The notes: a model not told the origin generated them from the letters alone. Positions 1-9,748 are shown, counted from the stretch's first letter. The stretch is DNA of 64,000 nucleotides from Lysobacteraceae bacterium (GCA_035686365.1 DASRZM010000119.1:4211-68210); one strand, 5' to 3'. A program made the numbers and translations.

Positions 1-690
1 GGTATCGGCCAGTTCCCCGGCTGGCCGGGTGCGCGTGTAGAAGTACAGCGCCACCGATTTGCGGGTGAGCTGCCGGCGCTCGGCGGGCAGGTCGATCGGT
101 GGAAAGCCATGCCAGCTCCACTCGGTGGTTTCGAAGATCACGCAGCGGTTGAAAAGCGGCGCGATCGTCGTGACCGCGTCGTGCTCGCTGCGCGGATCGC
201 TGTGCAGCTGCAGCGACCCGCCCCAGTGATCCTGCCACTCGTGGTTGAGGTACACGATCAGGTTCAGCCGGCGATGGCTGCCGTCGATCGGGTGGCGATT
301 GAAGTCGACGTGGGCATCCAGATCCTGGCCGTGCCGGTTCTCGTGGGTACCCCCGCCGAAGTAATGCGGGTCGTACTGCAGATCCGGGATGCCGGTGACG
401 CGGCCGACCAGATCGAGAAAGTCGCGCTTCTGGATGGCGTCGTCGAGCAGCGCATAGGCCGGGCCGATCTCGCGCACGCGCTCCACGGTGGACTTGTTGC
501 CCAGCTCGCCGGCCTCGTTTCGGGCATTTCCCGCTTCGAAAGGCGGGAACTCGGCCAGCAGGCGCTCGGCGTAGTCCGGCCGCAGAAAGCCGTCGATCAC
601 CACATGGCGGAACGGCTGTGCGTGCTGGAATTGCGCGCTCAAGGCGTCGGCATTCTGGCGCACAGGGTCGGCGACGATTGCGGCGGACAT
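1..690 (-). CDS. 2OG-Fe(II) oxygenase superfamily protein (prolyl-4-hydroxylase-like); 3' end runs off the window
   Basis: Absent from the ORF track because it is open to the window edge. My manual reverse-strand translation from ATG 690-688 gives MSAAIVADPVRQNADALSAQFQHAQPFRHVVIDGFL...HVDFNRH...WSWHGF...KSVALYFYTRTRPAGELADT. It has no stop down to base 1. The HxD...H pattern is typical of this family. Confidence 0.7.
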   Translation of the reverse strand, partial: MSAAIVADPVRQNADALSAQFQHAQPFRHVVIDGFLRPDYAERLLAEFPPFEAGNARNEAGELGNKSTVERVREIGPAYALLDDAIQKRDFLDLVGRVTGIPDLQYDPHYFGGGTHENRHGQDLDAHVDFNRHPIDGSHRRLNLIVYLNHEWQDHWGGSLQLHSDPRSEHDAVTTIAPLFNRCVIFETTEWSWHGFPPIDLPAERRQLTRKSVALYFYTRTRPAGELADT

Positions 691-812
691 CGTGTTCTGT
701 TCCCGGGACGGCGCGCCTATGCTGCCTGAGCGGCGCGGCGAAAAGAACACCCGTCGCCGCGGGCGCAGTCGCTGGGGGCTCCGGGGAGCTTCGAGCAGGG
801 GTCGATGCGGGG

Positions 813-1027
813 ATCGCCGGCAACGCCGGCTCCTACAGGGCGACGACGATACGAGACGGAAGCGCGAGGACCGCGGGGCGGGCTACGGAGCGAAGCCGGC
901 GTCGATGCGATGGCGCGGTGAGTCGATCGCGGCCATGGGCCGCTCCCACACTTCATCGTCGGTGCGACACCGCGAGTCGATCGCGGCCATGGGCCGCTCC
1001 CACATTGCATCGTCGGTGCGCGCGCCG
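813..1027 (-). repeat. REP mosaic copy A. It is in inverted orientation, has an internal deletion, and carries two tandem 54-bp units each containing a GTGGGAGCGGCCCATGGCCGCGAT palindrome.
   Basis: 813-838 is the reverse complement of CTGTAGGAGCCGGCGTTGCCGGCGAT. 851-880 is the reverse complement of the CCCGCCCCGCGGTCCTC..CGTATCGTC linker seen in copies B-E. 920-973 and 974-1027 are a near-identical tandem duplication. Confidence 0.85.
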
Positions 1028-1032
1028 GGGCC

Positions 1033-2766
1033 TCATTCCGGCGCCTCGAGCCGCTGCAGCGCCCGCTCGATGCCGGCGCGGTCGGCAGCCCGCAGCAGGG
1101 CGGGCGCTTGCCGGCGCAGTGCATGCAGGTCGGCGTCGCGCACCACCCGCCGCACCTGCAGCAGGCTGCCGGGGTGCAGGCTGAACCGGGTCAGCCCCAG
1201 AGCCAGCAGCAGGCGCGTGTAGCGCTCGTCGCCGGCCACCTCCCCGCATACCAGCACCGGTGTGCGCGTACGCCGGCCCAGGGCGAAGATCTCGTGCAGC
1301 AGGCGCAGCACGGCCGGATGCAGGGGCGAATAGATCGAGCCCAGCTGGTCGTTGTTGCGGTCCGCGGCGAGCAGGTACTGCACCAGGTCGTTGGTGCCGA
1401 TCGAAACGAAATCGACGTGGCGGATCATGCCGGCGAGCGCCAATGCCGCCGCCGGCACCTCGATCATGGCGCCCAGCTCGACCTGCTCGGCGATCTCGTG
1501 GCCCTCGTCGCGAAGGTCGCGCGTGCACTCGAGCAGGAGTTCGCGTACCGCCAGCACCTCCTCGCGACAGCTGACCATCGGCAGCAGGATCCGCAGCGGG
1601 CCGTAGCCGGAGGCGCGCAGGATCGCGCGCAACTGGGTGCGGAACAGCCCGTGCTCGCGCAGCGACAGGCGGATGCCGCGCACGCCCAGGGCCGGGTTGG
1701 GCTCCGCGCCGAGCGCCAGGCCGCAGGAATCGGCCTTGTCGGCGCCCAGGTCCAGCGTGCGGATGGTGACCGGACGTCCACCCATTCCCAGGACGACGTC
1801 GCGGTAGGCGAAGAACTGTTCCTCTTCGGTGGGCAGCTCGTTGCGTTGCAGGAACAGGAATTCGGTCCGGTACAGCCCGATCCCGGCCGCTCCCAGTTCC
1901 AGTGCCTGCGAGACGTCCTGCCGGGATTCGGCGTTGGCGTACAGCGCGATGTCGACCTCGTCGCGCGTGCGCGTGGCCTTGCGCTTGAGCCGCGCGAGCT
2001 GGCGCTGCTCGCGCTCGTTCTCGCGCTGCAGCTGCCGGAACCGCCGCAGATCCTGGGCGTTGGGTTCGACGATGACCTGACCGCTGCCGGCGTCGACCAT
2101 GATCGCGTCGCCGTCGTTGACGTGGCTCAGCGCCTCGTGGGCGCCGACCACCAGGGGCAGGTGCAGGCTGCGGGCCAGGATCGCGCTGTGCGAGAGCGCA
2201 CTGCCCTGTGCCGTGACGATCGCGACGATCCCGCGTTCGGTCAGCTGCGCGAGTTCCGAGGGCGCGATGGTATCGGTCACGAGCACCTCGCCGGCCAGTC
2301 CCCCGGGCGCGTCGACGCAGTCGCCGCCCCGATGCAGCGCCGCGTGCACCCGGCCCACGACGTGGTCCAGATCCTCGCGCCGCGAGCGCATGTACGGGTC
2401 GTCGATCGAATCGAATACGGCGGCGAGCCGGTCGCGCTGCAGCTTGAGCGCGTAGTCGGCGCTGTAGTGGCCGGTGCGGATCAGCTGGTCCAGACCGGAC
2501 AGCAGTTCCGGATCCTCGAGCAGCAGCGCGTGGAGGTCGAGGAACTCGCCCAGCTCCAGCGCGATCGCACCGCGGATGCGCTCGCGCACCGCGATCAGTT
2601 CCCTGCGTGCCTCCGACAGTGCCTCGTGCAGCCGTTCCAGCTCGGCTTCGACGCGCCCCGGTTCAATGCGCTCCTCGGCGATGTCCAGAGCCTGCGGCTG
2701 GACGATGCAGGCCCGCCCCAGGGCCAGTCCCCGGGTCGCACCGATGCCGGAGAACGCACGGCGCAT
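1033..2766 (-). CDS. ptsI: Phosphoenolpyruvate-protein phosphotransferase (PTS enzyme I), no N-terminal GAF domain
   Basis: 577-aa ORF with EI-like sequence along its full length (..GSALSHSAILARSLHLPLVVG.., ..IGTNDLVQYLLAADR..). Its start abuts the HPr stop (TAGATG). Confidence 0.9.
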   Translation of the reverse strand: MRRAFSGIGATRGLALGRACIVQPQALDIAEERIEPGRVEAELERLHEALSEARRELIAVRERIRGAIALELGEFLDLHALLLEDPELLSGLDQLIRTGHYSADYALKLQRDRLAAVFDSIDDPYMRSRREDLDHVVGRVHAALHRGGDCVDAPGGLAGEVLVTDTIAPSELAQLTERGIVAIVTAQGSALSHSAILARSLHLPLVVGAHEALSHVNDGDAIMVDAGSGQVIVEPNAQDLRRFRQLQRENEREQRQLARLKRKATRTRDEVDIALYANAESRQDVSQALELGAAGIGLYRTEFLFLQRNELPTEEEQFFAYRDVVLGMGGRPVTIRTLDLGADKADSCGLALGAEPNPALGVRGIRLSLREHGLFRTQLRAILRASGYGPLRILLPMVSCREEVLAVRELLLECTRDLRDEGHEIAEQVELGAMIEVPAAALALAGMIRHVDFVSIGTNDLVQYLLAADRNNDQLGSIYSPLHPAVLRLLHEIFALGRRTRTPVLVCGEVAGDERYTRLLLALGLTRFSLHPGSLLQVRRVVRDADLHALRRQAPALLRAADRAGIERALQRLEAPE

Positions 2767-3036
2767 CTATGCGTCCTCGTCGAAACGGCTTTCGAACAGG
2801 TCCAGGACAGCCTGCATCGCCTCCTCCTCATCGACGCCGGACAGCCGCAGGGTCACGGTGCTGCCCTTGGGCGCCGCCAGCAGCATCACGCCCATGATGC
2901 TCTTGGCGTTGACCTCGCGCCCGGCGCGCGCCAGAACCGCCGCGCTCTGGAACCGCGCCAGCGTCTGCACCAGCCGGGCGGCGGCGCGCGCATGCAGTCC
3001 GAGGCGGTTGCCGACCACGATCTGGCGCTCAAGCAT
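2767..3036 (-). CDS. ptsH: HPr/NPr-family phosphocarrier protein
   Basis: Internal start MLERQIVVGNRLGLHARAAARLV (His-15 context) and AKSIMGVM (Ser-46 context, the HprK target). It overlaps the EIIA stop by 8 nt. Confidence 0.88.
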   Translation of the reverse strand: MLERQIVVGNRLGLHARAAARLVQTLARFQSAAVLARAGREVNAKSIMGVMLLAAPKGSTVTLRLSGVDEEEAMQAVLDLFESRFDEDA

Positions 3037-3421
3037 GGTCGATGACGACACCCGACCGTGCGCCGGAGGCGGCAATCTCGACCAGCTCCTCCAGCGGGCG
3101 TTCGGCGTAGTTGAGCACGCGCAGCAGCATCGGCAGGCTGAGGCCGGAGACCCGCCGCACCGGCGTACCCAGGTGGGCGAGCCGGCTGGCCAGGTTGCTG
3201 GGTGAGGCCCCGTACAGGTCGCTCAGGATCAGCACGCCATCGCCGCCGTCGGCGCGCCGCAGCGCTCCGCTGCCCTCGGCCAGCAGCGAGGGCAGGTCCG
3301 CATCGAAGGGCACCTGCATGCATTCCACCGCCAGCGGCAGGTGCCCGAGCATGCGCTGGGCCAGCCGCACCAAGTCCGGGCCCAGGCCCTCGTGGGTGAC
3401 CAGGAGGATTCCGACACTCAT
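3029..3421 (-). CDS. PTS EIIA component, mannose/fructose family
   Basis: 130-aa ORF MSVGILLVTHEGLG... (His near residue 10, as in EIIA-Man). No EIIB, EIIC or EIID gene is nearby. Confidence 0.82.
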   Translation of the reverse strand: MSVGILLVTHEGLGPDLVRLAQRMLGHLPLAVECMQVPFDADLPSLLAEGSGALRRADGGDGVLILSDLYGASPSNLASRLAHLGTPVRRVSGLSLPMLLRVLNYAERPLEELVEIAASGARSGVVIDHA

Positions 3422-3436
3422 TCGGGGATAGTAACC

Positions 3437-3463
3437 GGGACTCGGGACTCGGGACTCGGGACT
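3437..3463. repeat. Heptanucleotide tandem repeat (GGGACTC) x about 3.9
   Basis: Read directly: gggactc gggactc gggactc gggact. It lies 16-42 nt upstream of the EIIA(Man) start codon, in the 172-bp rapZ-EIIA spacer. Confidence 0.95.
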
Positions 3464-3592
3464 GGCGTCGGGAACCCGCGGCCTAGGAGTGCTCCACGCC
3501 GGTGGACCACGGGTTCTGAATCTCAGTCCAAGGATCCGGATCCACCCCAGGCGCCGGGACTGCGGCGCGCTTTCGAGTCCCGGGCCCCGGCG

Positions 3593-4477
3593 TTACTCGA
3601 GCTCCCGGTGAAACGTGACCACCTGCTCGTAGCCCGCGTTGCGGCAGTGTTCGGCGAGGCGTTCGGCCAGGTAGACCGAGCGATGGCGGCCGCCGGTGCA
3701 GCCGAAGGCGATCGTCAGGTAGCTGCGGGTCTCGGATTCGAAGCGCGGCAGCCAGGCATCGAGGAAGGCGGCGACCGCGCCGGCGAACTCCTCGACCACG
3801 CCGTGGCGGGCGAAATACTCGCGCACTGCCGCGTCGCGACCCGAAAGCGGGCGCAGTGTGGGTTCCCAGTGCGGATTGGGCAGGCAGCGCGCGTCGAACA
3901 CATAGTCGGCGTCGGCGGGGACGCCACGCCGGTAGGCGAAGGATTCGAACAGCAGCGACAGGCCCGGTTCGGCGCCGATCGCCAGTTCCGTGACCACCAG
4001 CCGCCGCAGCTGGTGGACGTTGAGGTCGCTGGTGTCGATGGTCCGGTCGGCGATCGCCTGCAGTGGCGCCACGATGCCGCGCTCGGCAGCGATGGCTTCG
4101 GCCAGCGGGGCGCCCTCGTGACTCAGCGGATGACGCCGCCGGGTTTCGCTGTAACGCTTGATCAGCACCTCGTCGCGGGTATCCAGGAACACCAGTGTGT
4201 AATCCAGGCCCAGGTCGCCCACCGCCGCCAGCGCCTGCGGCAGGTCGACCAGGTCCTCGACGGGATTGCGCACGTCGATGCCCACCGCCAGCCGCGGACG
4301 CACCAGTGTGCCGGCGCGAATGGTCCGCACCAGCTCGGGCAGCATCTCCGCGGGCAGGTTGTCGACGCAGTAGTAATCCAGGTCCTCGAGCGTACGCAGC
4401 ACCACGCTCTTGCCCGAGCCGGACAGTCCGCTGACCACGATCAGCGGGAACACGTGGCCCGGCTGCACCGCGCTCAT
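3593..4477 (-). CDS. rapZ: RNase adapter protein RapZ (YhbJ)
   Basis: Internal start MSAVQPGHVFPLIVVSGLSGSGKSVVLRTLEDLDYYCVDNLP (Walker A). The C-terminal half is RapZ-like (..GCTGGRHRSV..). Canonical position after hprK/ptsN. Confidence 0.9.
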   Translation of the reverse strand: MSAVQPGHVFPLIVVSGLSGSGKSVVLRTLEDLDYYCVDNLPAEMLPELVRTIRAGTLVRPRLAVGIDVRNPVEDLVDLPQALAAVGDLGLDYTLVFLDTRDEVLIKRYSETRRRHPLSHEGAPLAEAIAAERGIVAPLQAIADRTIDTSDLNVHQLRRLVVTELAIGAEPGLSLLFESFAYRRGVPADADYVFDARCLPNPHWEPTLRPLSGRDAAVREYFARHGVVEEFAGAVAAFLDAWLPRFESETRSYLTIAFGCTGGRHRSVYLAERLAEHCRNAGYEQVVTFHRELE

Positions 4478-4484
4478 CGTCCGC

Positions 4485-5486
4485 TCACCACGGCGGCAGC
4501 CTGCGCATCTGGTGCGCCTGGCGGTCGATGAAGGTCTGTGCCGGATCGATCCCCTTGGACTTGAGGATGTGCGAGCGCACGGCAGCCTCCAGCAGCACGG
4601 CAAGGTTGCGGCCCGGCGCCACCGGCAGCGTGATCATCGGCACCTCCAGGTCCAGCACCTTGCGGTGGCCCACGTCGCCGTAGAGCCGGTCGATGCCGCC
4701 CGGGTCGGCCATGGGATCGGCCGGCTGCAGGTGCACGATCAGGCGCAGGTACTTGTTCCGCTTCACGGCGGTGTCGCCGAACATGGCGCGGATGTCCAGG
4801 ATGCCCAGGCCGCGGACCTCGAGCATGTCCTGCAGCATCTCCGGGCAGGTGCCGTCGAGCACGTCCGGGGCGATCTGGGTGAAGTCCGGCGCATCGTCGG
4901 CGACCAGGCGGTGGCCCCGGGTGATCAGCTCCAGCGCCAGCTCGCTCTTGCCCGAGCCGGCCTCGCCGGTGATCAGCACGCCGATGGAATACACCTCCAT
5001 GAACACGCCATGCAGGGTCTCGCGCAGCGCCAGCAGCCGTGCCAGGTGGTACTGCATGTAGGTCAGCAGCTCGTGGCCACGCCGGTCCGAGACCCACAGT
5101 GGCGTGCCGGACTCCTCGACCGCGTCGCGCAGGTCCGGCGGGCAGGGCTGGTTCCTGGTGATGATCAGCGCCAGTGGCCGCTGCGCGGTGATCTTTGCCA
5201 GTGTTTCCCAGCGCTGGCGCGGATCCAGGCCGTCCAGGTACTTCAGCTCCTCGGTGCCCAGGATCTGTACCTTGTTCGGGTAGATCGTGTTCAGGTAGCC
5301 GGCAAGCGAGGGACGCCGCGCCAGGTGATCGCCAGGCTCGAGCATGCGCTCGGCGCCGCGCTGCCCGGCCAGCCAGCGCAGGCCCAGTCGCTGGGACAGC
5401 TGGTCGAACAGGCTGCGTGCGGAAACCCGCACGCCCGTCTCGGCGTCTGCCTCGGGTGTTCGGACCGGCGTGCTGTCCACGGACAC
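4485..5486 (-). CDS. hprK: HPr kinase/phosphorylase
   Basis: [16 protein letters not shown]-loop and the [11 protein letters not shown] signature. The ATG at 5822 would overlap all of ptsN, so I chose in-frame GTG 5486. GTG 5480 is equally possible. Confidence 0.85.
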   Translation of the reverse strand: MSVDSTPVRTPEADAETGVRVSARSLFDQLSQRLGLRWLAGQRGAERMLEPGDHLARRPSLAGYLNTIYPNKVQILGTEELKYLDGLDPRQRWETLAKITAQRPLALIITRNQPCPPDLRDAVEESGTPLWVSDRRGHELLTYMQYHLARLLALRETLHGVFMEVYSIGVLITGEAGSGKSELALELITRGHRLVADDAPDFTQIAPDVLDGTCPEMLQDMLEVRGLGILDIRAMFGDTAVKRNKYLRLIVHLQPADPMADPGGIDRLYGDVGHRKVLDLEVPMITLPVAPGRNLAVLLEAAVRSHILKSKGIDPAQTFIDRQAHQMRRLPPW

Positions 5487-5494
5487 CGGCGCTC

Positions 5495-5965
5495 TCAGGC
5501 GGCGGCGTGCGCGAGCTGCCAGTCCGACAGCAGCTGCAGCAGGGCCCCGGCGTCCGGCGCCTCGCGCAGGCGCCTGCAGAAGCTCTCGTCGCTGAACATC
5601 TCCGCCAGCTGCGAGAGCAGGGCCAGATGCTGGTTGCTGAAGTGCTCCGGCACCGCCAGGGCGAACAGCAGGTCGACCGGACCGCCGTCGCTGGCGCCGA
5701 AATCCAGCGGTTCGGACAGGCGCACGAAGGCGCCCACGGCCGAGGGCAGGGCGGCCATGCGCCCGTGCGGGATCGCCACGCCATGGCCCAGCGCGGTGGA
5801 ACCGAGCTTCTCGCGCGCACACAGGCTGTCGAAGATCCTGCGCTCGAACTCGGCGCCCTGGCCGTCGGCCAGCAGCCCTGCCAGCGTCTCCAGCAAACGC
5901 TTCTTGCTCGAGACGTTGACCTCGACCCGCACCCGCGAGGGTGCCAGCAGATCTATCAGCAACAT
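5495..5965 (-). CDS. ptsN: PTS IIA-like nitrogen regulatory protein PtsN (EIIA-Ntr)
   Basis: 156 aa with [11 protein letters not shown] (phosphorylatable His context). Located between hpf and hprK. Confidence 0.9.
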   Translation of the reverse strand: MLLIDLLAPSRVRVEVNVSSKKRLLETLAGLLADGQGAEFERRIFDSLCAREKLGSTALGHGVAIPHGRMAALPSAVGAFVRLSEPLDFGASDGGPVDLLFALAVPEHFSNQHLALLSQLAEMFSDESFCRRLREAPDAGALLQLLSDWQLAHAAA

Positions 5966-6003
5966 GACCGGATTCCCCTGTCGTTTCCGATCCGTGCGGC
6001 CGG

Positions 6004-6330
6004 TCAGCCGAAATTGGCGGCGCGTACGGCCGCGGCGCCGCGATGGTGGTCCTTGAGCTTCTCCTTGTGCTTGACCACCTGGCGATCGAGCTTGTCGGAC
6101 ATCAGGTCGATCGACGCATACATGTCCGTGGCGATGGCATCGGCGTAGAGCGTGCGCTGCGATGCCAGCACGCTCGCCTCGGCCTTGTGCTCGAGCTTCT
6201 CCACCGTGAGGATCACGTGCACATCGATCAGGTTCTCGAAGCGGCGCTGGATCCGCTCCAGCTTGGAGCGCACGTATTCGCGCAGCGCCGGGGTGACATC
6301 GACCTGATGGCCTGTGATTTCGATCCGCAT
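6004..6330 (-). CDS. hpf: Ribosome hibernation promoting factor (short HPF, sigma-54 modulation protein)
   Basis: Internal start [31 protein letters not shown]... It lies directly downstream of rpoN. Confidence 0.9.
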   Translation of the reverse strand: MRIEITGHQVDVTPALREYVRSKLERIQRRFENLIDVHVILTVEKLEHKAEASVLASQRTLYADAIATDMYASIDLMSDKLDRQVVKHKEKLKDHHRGAAAVRAANFG

Positions 6331-6459
6331 GGCTGACCTCCTTGCCGTTGCGATCGTGGAGATGCGGGCCGGCGCGGGGCCGGTCCGGGGTGGGAACGTG
6401 GACAGCCGGTCGGGCGACCGACCGCTGCGAGCGGGCCGGGGCGGTGGGATCATCGGAGT

Positions 6460-7917
6460 TCAGCCGAGCCGCTGCCGCTCGTTGGAAGAAGGGATATTCA
6501 TCGCTTCGCGGTATTTTGCCACGGTTCGGCGGGCCACGGTGACGCCTTCGCCGCGCAGTTCAGCCGCCAGTCGCGCGTCCGACAGCGGCCGTCGGGGATC
6601 CTCACGCTCGACCAGGCGCCGGATCATGGCCTGGATGGCGGTGCTCGAGGCCGTCCCGCCATCGGTGGTGGACAGGCTCGAGGAGAAGAAGTGCTTGAAT
6701 TCGAAGGTGCCGCGCGGTGTGTGAAGATATTTACGCGTCGTCACGCGTGAAATCGTGGATTCATGCAGCGCCAGCTCCTCGGCGATCTCGCGCAAGGTCA
6801 GCGGCCGCATCGCCTCGGGGCCGTGCTCGAGGAACCCGGTCTGGTGGCGGACGATCGCGTGGGCCACGCGCAGCAGCGTATCGGCCCGCGTCTCCAGGCT
6901 CTTGATCAGCCAGCGCGCCTCCTGCAGCTGACCGCGCAGGTAGGCTGCATCGCCCTTGGCGGCGGCGCCGATCAGCGATTCGTAATGGCGGTTGATCGCC
7001 AGTTTCGGGCGGCCCGACTGCGCCAGGCGCACCCGCCAGATCCCGCGCTCGCGTTCCACGTAGGCGTCCGGCGCCACATACTCGACCGGGCCACTGGCGA
7101 TCCGGTCGCCGGGCTTGGGGTCGAGCGAGCGCAACAGGTCCACGGCCTCGCGCATCTGTGCGCGCTCCACGCCCAGCTCGTGCGCCAGCCGGTCCAGCCC
7201 GGACCGCGCCAGCTCCTCCAGGTGCGACTTCGCCACGGCCTGCGCCAGCTCCAGGCCCGGCGTGTCCCCGGGCAGCATCGAAAGCTGCACGAGCAGGCAT
7301 TCGCTCAGGTCGCGGGCGCCGACGCCCAGCGGGTCGAAGCGCTGGATGCGGTGCAGGACCGCTTCGATCTCGTCGCTGCCGCACTCCACTTCGGCCGCCA
7401 GCCACTGGCCGATCGCCTCCACGTCCTCGCGCAGGTAGCCGTCGTCGCCGATCGACTCGATCAGGGTAACGGCGATCGCATGATCGCGCGGCGACAGCGT
7501 GGTCAGGTTCAGCTGCCACATCAGGTGGTCGTGCAGGTTCTCCGGCTCGGCGGCACTGACGCCGCCCTCGAACTCGTCCTCGGACGTGCCGCCGGCGCGG
7601 CTGTAGTGCTCGTCCCAGACCGGTTCGTAGTCGAGCGGTGCGTCCTCGACCATCTCGACCTGGGGCTCGGGCTCGCGATCGGGGCGCTCCCCGGGTTCGG
7701 TGTCCTCGCCGTTGCCCTGCGCGTCCTCGGCGCGATCCAGCAGCGGATTGGACTCCAGCGCCAGGTTGATCTCGGTCTCCAGTTCGACCGCCGAGAGCTG
7801 CAGCAGGCGGATTGCCTGACGCAGCTGCGGCGTCAGCGTGAGCTGTTGGCCGAGTCTGAGCTGGAGCGCAGGTTTCACTTCGATCCGGTGGGTCGGTGGG
7901 CGGGCTTGCCGGGACAT
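6460..7917 (-). CDS. rpoN: RNA polymerase sigma-54 factor
   Basis: LQLRLGQQLTLTPQLRQAIRLLQLS N-terminus and the RpoN box ARRTVAKYREAM at the C-terminus. The alternative GTG start at 7878 (VKPALQLRLG) cannot be excluded. Confidence 0.92.
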   Translation of the reverse strand: MSRQARPPTHRIEVKPALQLRLGQQLTLTPQLRQAIRLLQLSAVELETEINLALESNPLLDRAEDAQGNGEDTEPGERPDREPEPQVEMVEDAPLDYEPVWDEHYSRAGGTSEDEFEGGVSAAEPENLHDHLMWQLNLTTLSPRDHAIAVTLIESIGDDGYLREDVEAIGQWLAAEVECGSDEIEAVLHRIQRFDPLGVGARDLSECLLVQLSMLPGDTPGLELAQAVAKSHLEELARSGLDRLAHELGVERAQMREAVDLLRSLDPKPGDRIASGPVEYVAPDAYVERERGIWRVRLAQSGRPKLAINRHYESLIGAAAKGDAAYLRGQLQEARWLIKSLETRADTLLRVAHAIVRHQTGFLEHGPEAMRPLTLREIAEELALHESTISRVTTRKYLHTPRGTFEFKHFFSSSLSTTDGGTASSTAIQAMIRRLVEREDPRRPLSDARLAAELRGEGVTVARRTVAKYREAMNIPSSNERQRLG

Positions 7918-7951
7918 CGCCCGCGCGGGGCCGCGGCCCGTACGGCAGAGC

Positions 7952-8671
7952 TTACAGCCGGAAGCTCTCGCCCAGGTAGACGCGCCGCACCTCCGGATTC
8001 GAAAGCACGGCCTCCGGGCTGCCCTGGGTGAGCACGCGGCCCTCGTTGAGGATGTAGGCGCGATCGCAGATGCCCAGCGTCTCGCGCACGTTGTGGTCGG
8101 TGATCAGCACGCCGATGCCCTTCATCTTCAGGTGCTTGACGATCCGCTGGATCTCCCCGACCGAGATCGGATCCACGCCGGCGAACGGTTCGTCGAGCAG
8201 CATCAGGCGCGGGCGCGTCGCCAGCGCGCGCGCGATCTCCACGCGCCGCCGCTCGCCGCCCGAAAGGCTGGCCCCGGCCTGGTCGGCGACGTGGGCAACC
8301 TGCAGTTCCTCGAGCAGCTCCACCAGTTCGCGTTCGCGCGCATCGCGGTCCAGGTCGGTGCGCAGCTCCAGGAACGCGCGCACGTTGTCGGCGACCGAGA
8401 GCCTGCGGAACACCGAAGGCTCCTGTGGCAGGTAACCCACGCCCAGCCGTGCCCTGGCGTGCATGGGCAGGCGCGTGATGTCGCGGCCGTCGAGCCGGAT
8501 CTCGCCGGCGTCGGCGGCGATCAGGCCCACGATCATGTAGAAGCACGTGGTCTTGCCGGCGCCGTTGGGGCCCAGCAGCCCGACCACCTCGCCGGCGTCC
8601 AGCGACAGGCCGAAGTCGCGGACGACCTCGCGCGCCCGGTAGCGCTTGCGGAGCGCGCGCGCGACGAGCAT
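7952..8671 (-). CDS. lptB: LPS export ABC transporter ATP-binding protein
   Basis: 239 aa with [24 protein letters not shown] and [11 protein letters not shown]. Located between lptA and rpoN. Confidence 0.95.
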   Translation of the reverse strand: MLVARALRKRYRAREVVRDFGLSLDAGEVVGLLGPNGAGKTTCFYMIVGLIAADAGEIRLDGRDITRLPMHARARLGVGYLPQEPSVFRRLSVADNVRAFLELRTDLDRDARERELVELLEELQVAHVADQAGASLSGGERRRVEIARALATRPRLMLLDEPFAGVDPISVGEIQRIVKHLKMKGIGVLITDHNVRETLGICDRAYILNEGRVLTQGSPEAVLSNPEVRRVYLGESFRL

Positions 8672-9201
8672 CAGCGCGCTTCGGACGCCGCGCCGTTCGC
8701 CTTCGGCTCGATGCGCATGCGGACGCGGCCGCCTTCGCCGCCTGCGCGCAACTGGCCCGAGGTCAGGTCGTAGACGATGCGCTCGCCGCTGAGACGGCCC
8801 TGCGGCTCGGAGACCTCGACCGCGCCGGTCAGCACCAGCGAATCGCCGGCCAGGTCGTACTCGATACGGCGCGCCCGTGCCCGGGTCAGGCCGCCCTCGT
8901 CCTTTTCCTGCTGCAGCGTCGCCGGGGTGCCCTCGAGCACGGCCTTGGCGACGGCACCGTTGCGGCGCGTGACCACGGCGCGGTCGGCCTCGATCAGCAG
9001 CGTGCCCTGGGTGATGCGCACGTTGTCGGTCAGGGTCGCGGTGCCGTCGGCCGAGAGCGTGGCATCGGCGTGGTCGGCCTCGATCTCCATGGGCTGGTTG
9101 CGGTCGCTGGTACGGGACGCGGCGGGGCCGGCGGCAAGGCTCGCGGCCAGCAGCGCGGCAAGCAGGGCGGTCGCCCGGGGTTCAGCGTAGCGTGCGGTCA
9201 T
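8671..9201 (-). CDS. lptA: LPS transport periplasmic protein LptA
   Basis: Signal-peptide-like N-terminus from [24 protein letters not shown]. OstA-like body (..[19 protein letters not shown]..). The start was chosen at an internal ATG. Confidence 0.8.
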   Translation of the reverse strand: MTARYAEPRATALLAALLAASLAAGPAASRTSDRNQPMEIEADHADATLSADGTATLTDNVRITQGTLLIEADRAVVTRRNGAVAKAVLEGTPATLQQEKDEGGLTRARARRIEYDLAGDSLVLTGAVEVSEPQGRLSGERIVYDLTSGQLRAGGEGGRVRMRIEPKANGAASEAR

Positions 9202-9748
9202 AGCGGGCGCGTACCTCCGAGAGCAGTTCGATGCGGCGTGCGTCGAAGTCGGCACGCAGGCCGAGGCCGCGCAGTATAGAACCCGGTGCCGTCACGGTCA
9301 CCGATTGCCCGGTTTCGGCACGGCGTTCGCGCGGAAACACGCTCAGTTCGGAGGTCGTGAGTTCGATGCGCCCGCCCTTTTTCCCGCGCCCTTCCACGCG
9401 CACGTCCCGGAGCAGCCGGATCTCGTCGCCCTCGGCCGAAACCCACGCGCGGTCCGATCGCGCCTGCCAGGGGGAACCGTCGGGGTCCGGGAACACGAAT
9501 CGGGGCGACTGGACGTCGAGCGTGCCCAGGTAGGGATGGCGCGCCAGCCGAGGCCCGCGCACCGAGAACGACTCCACGCCGTCGCTGTCGAGCGCGACCA
9601 GCTCGAAATCCTCCAGGCTGTAGTCCGAGCGCGGCGGGCCCACCAGCTGCGGCGGCTCGTCGCGTTGCGAGAGCTGCCACAACCACCAGCCGCTGACGGC
9701 GGCCACCACCACGAGCAGCAGGTGCGGAAGCCAGCGCCGCGGATTCAT
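9182..9748 (-). CDS. lptC: LPS export system protein LptC
   Basis: 188 aa with a single N-terminal TM segment (HLLLVVVAAVSGWWLW). Position is kdsC-lptC-lptA. Confidence 0.8.
   Translation of the reverse strand: MNPRRWLPHLLLVVVAAVSGWWLWQLSQRDEPPQLVGPPRSDYSLEDFELVALDSDGVESFSVRGPRLARHPYLGTLDVQSPRFVFPDPDGSPWQARSDRAWVSAEGDEIRLLRDVRVEGRGKKGGRIELTTSELSVFPRERRAETGQSVTVTAPGSILRGLGLRADFDARRIELLSEVRARYDRTLR

Noticed and set aside
1108-3045. Very long ORFs in the supplied track that run antisense to, or out of frame with, recognisable genes. Examples: 1108..3045 (+, 645 aa), 4410..6056 (+), 21792..23663 (-), 40506..42896 (+), 52975..56088 (-, 1037 aa) and the N-terminal 690 aa of 33356..36067 (-).
   Set aside because: Their translations are low-complexity Arg/Ala/Gly/Pro-rich strings with no recognisable motifs. 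Each lies opposite a gene with clear family signatures. Stop-codon depletion on non-coding frames is expected at this GC content. There is no evidence for overlapping genes.
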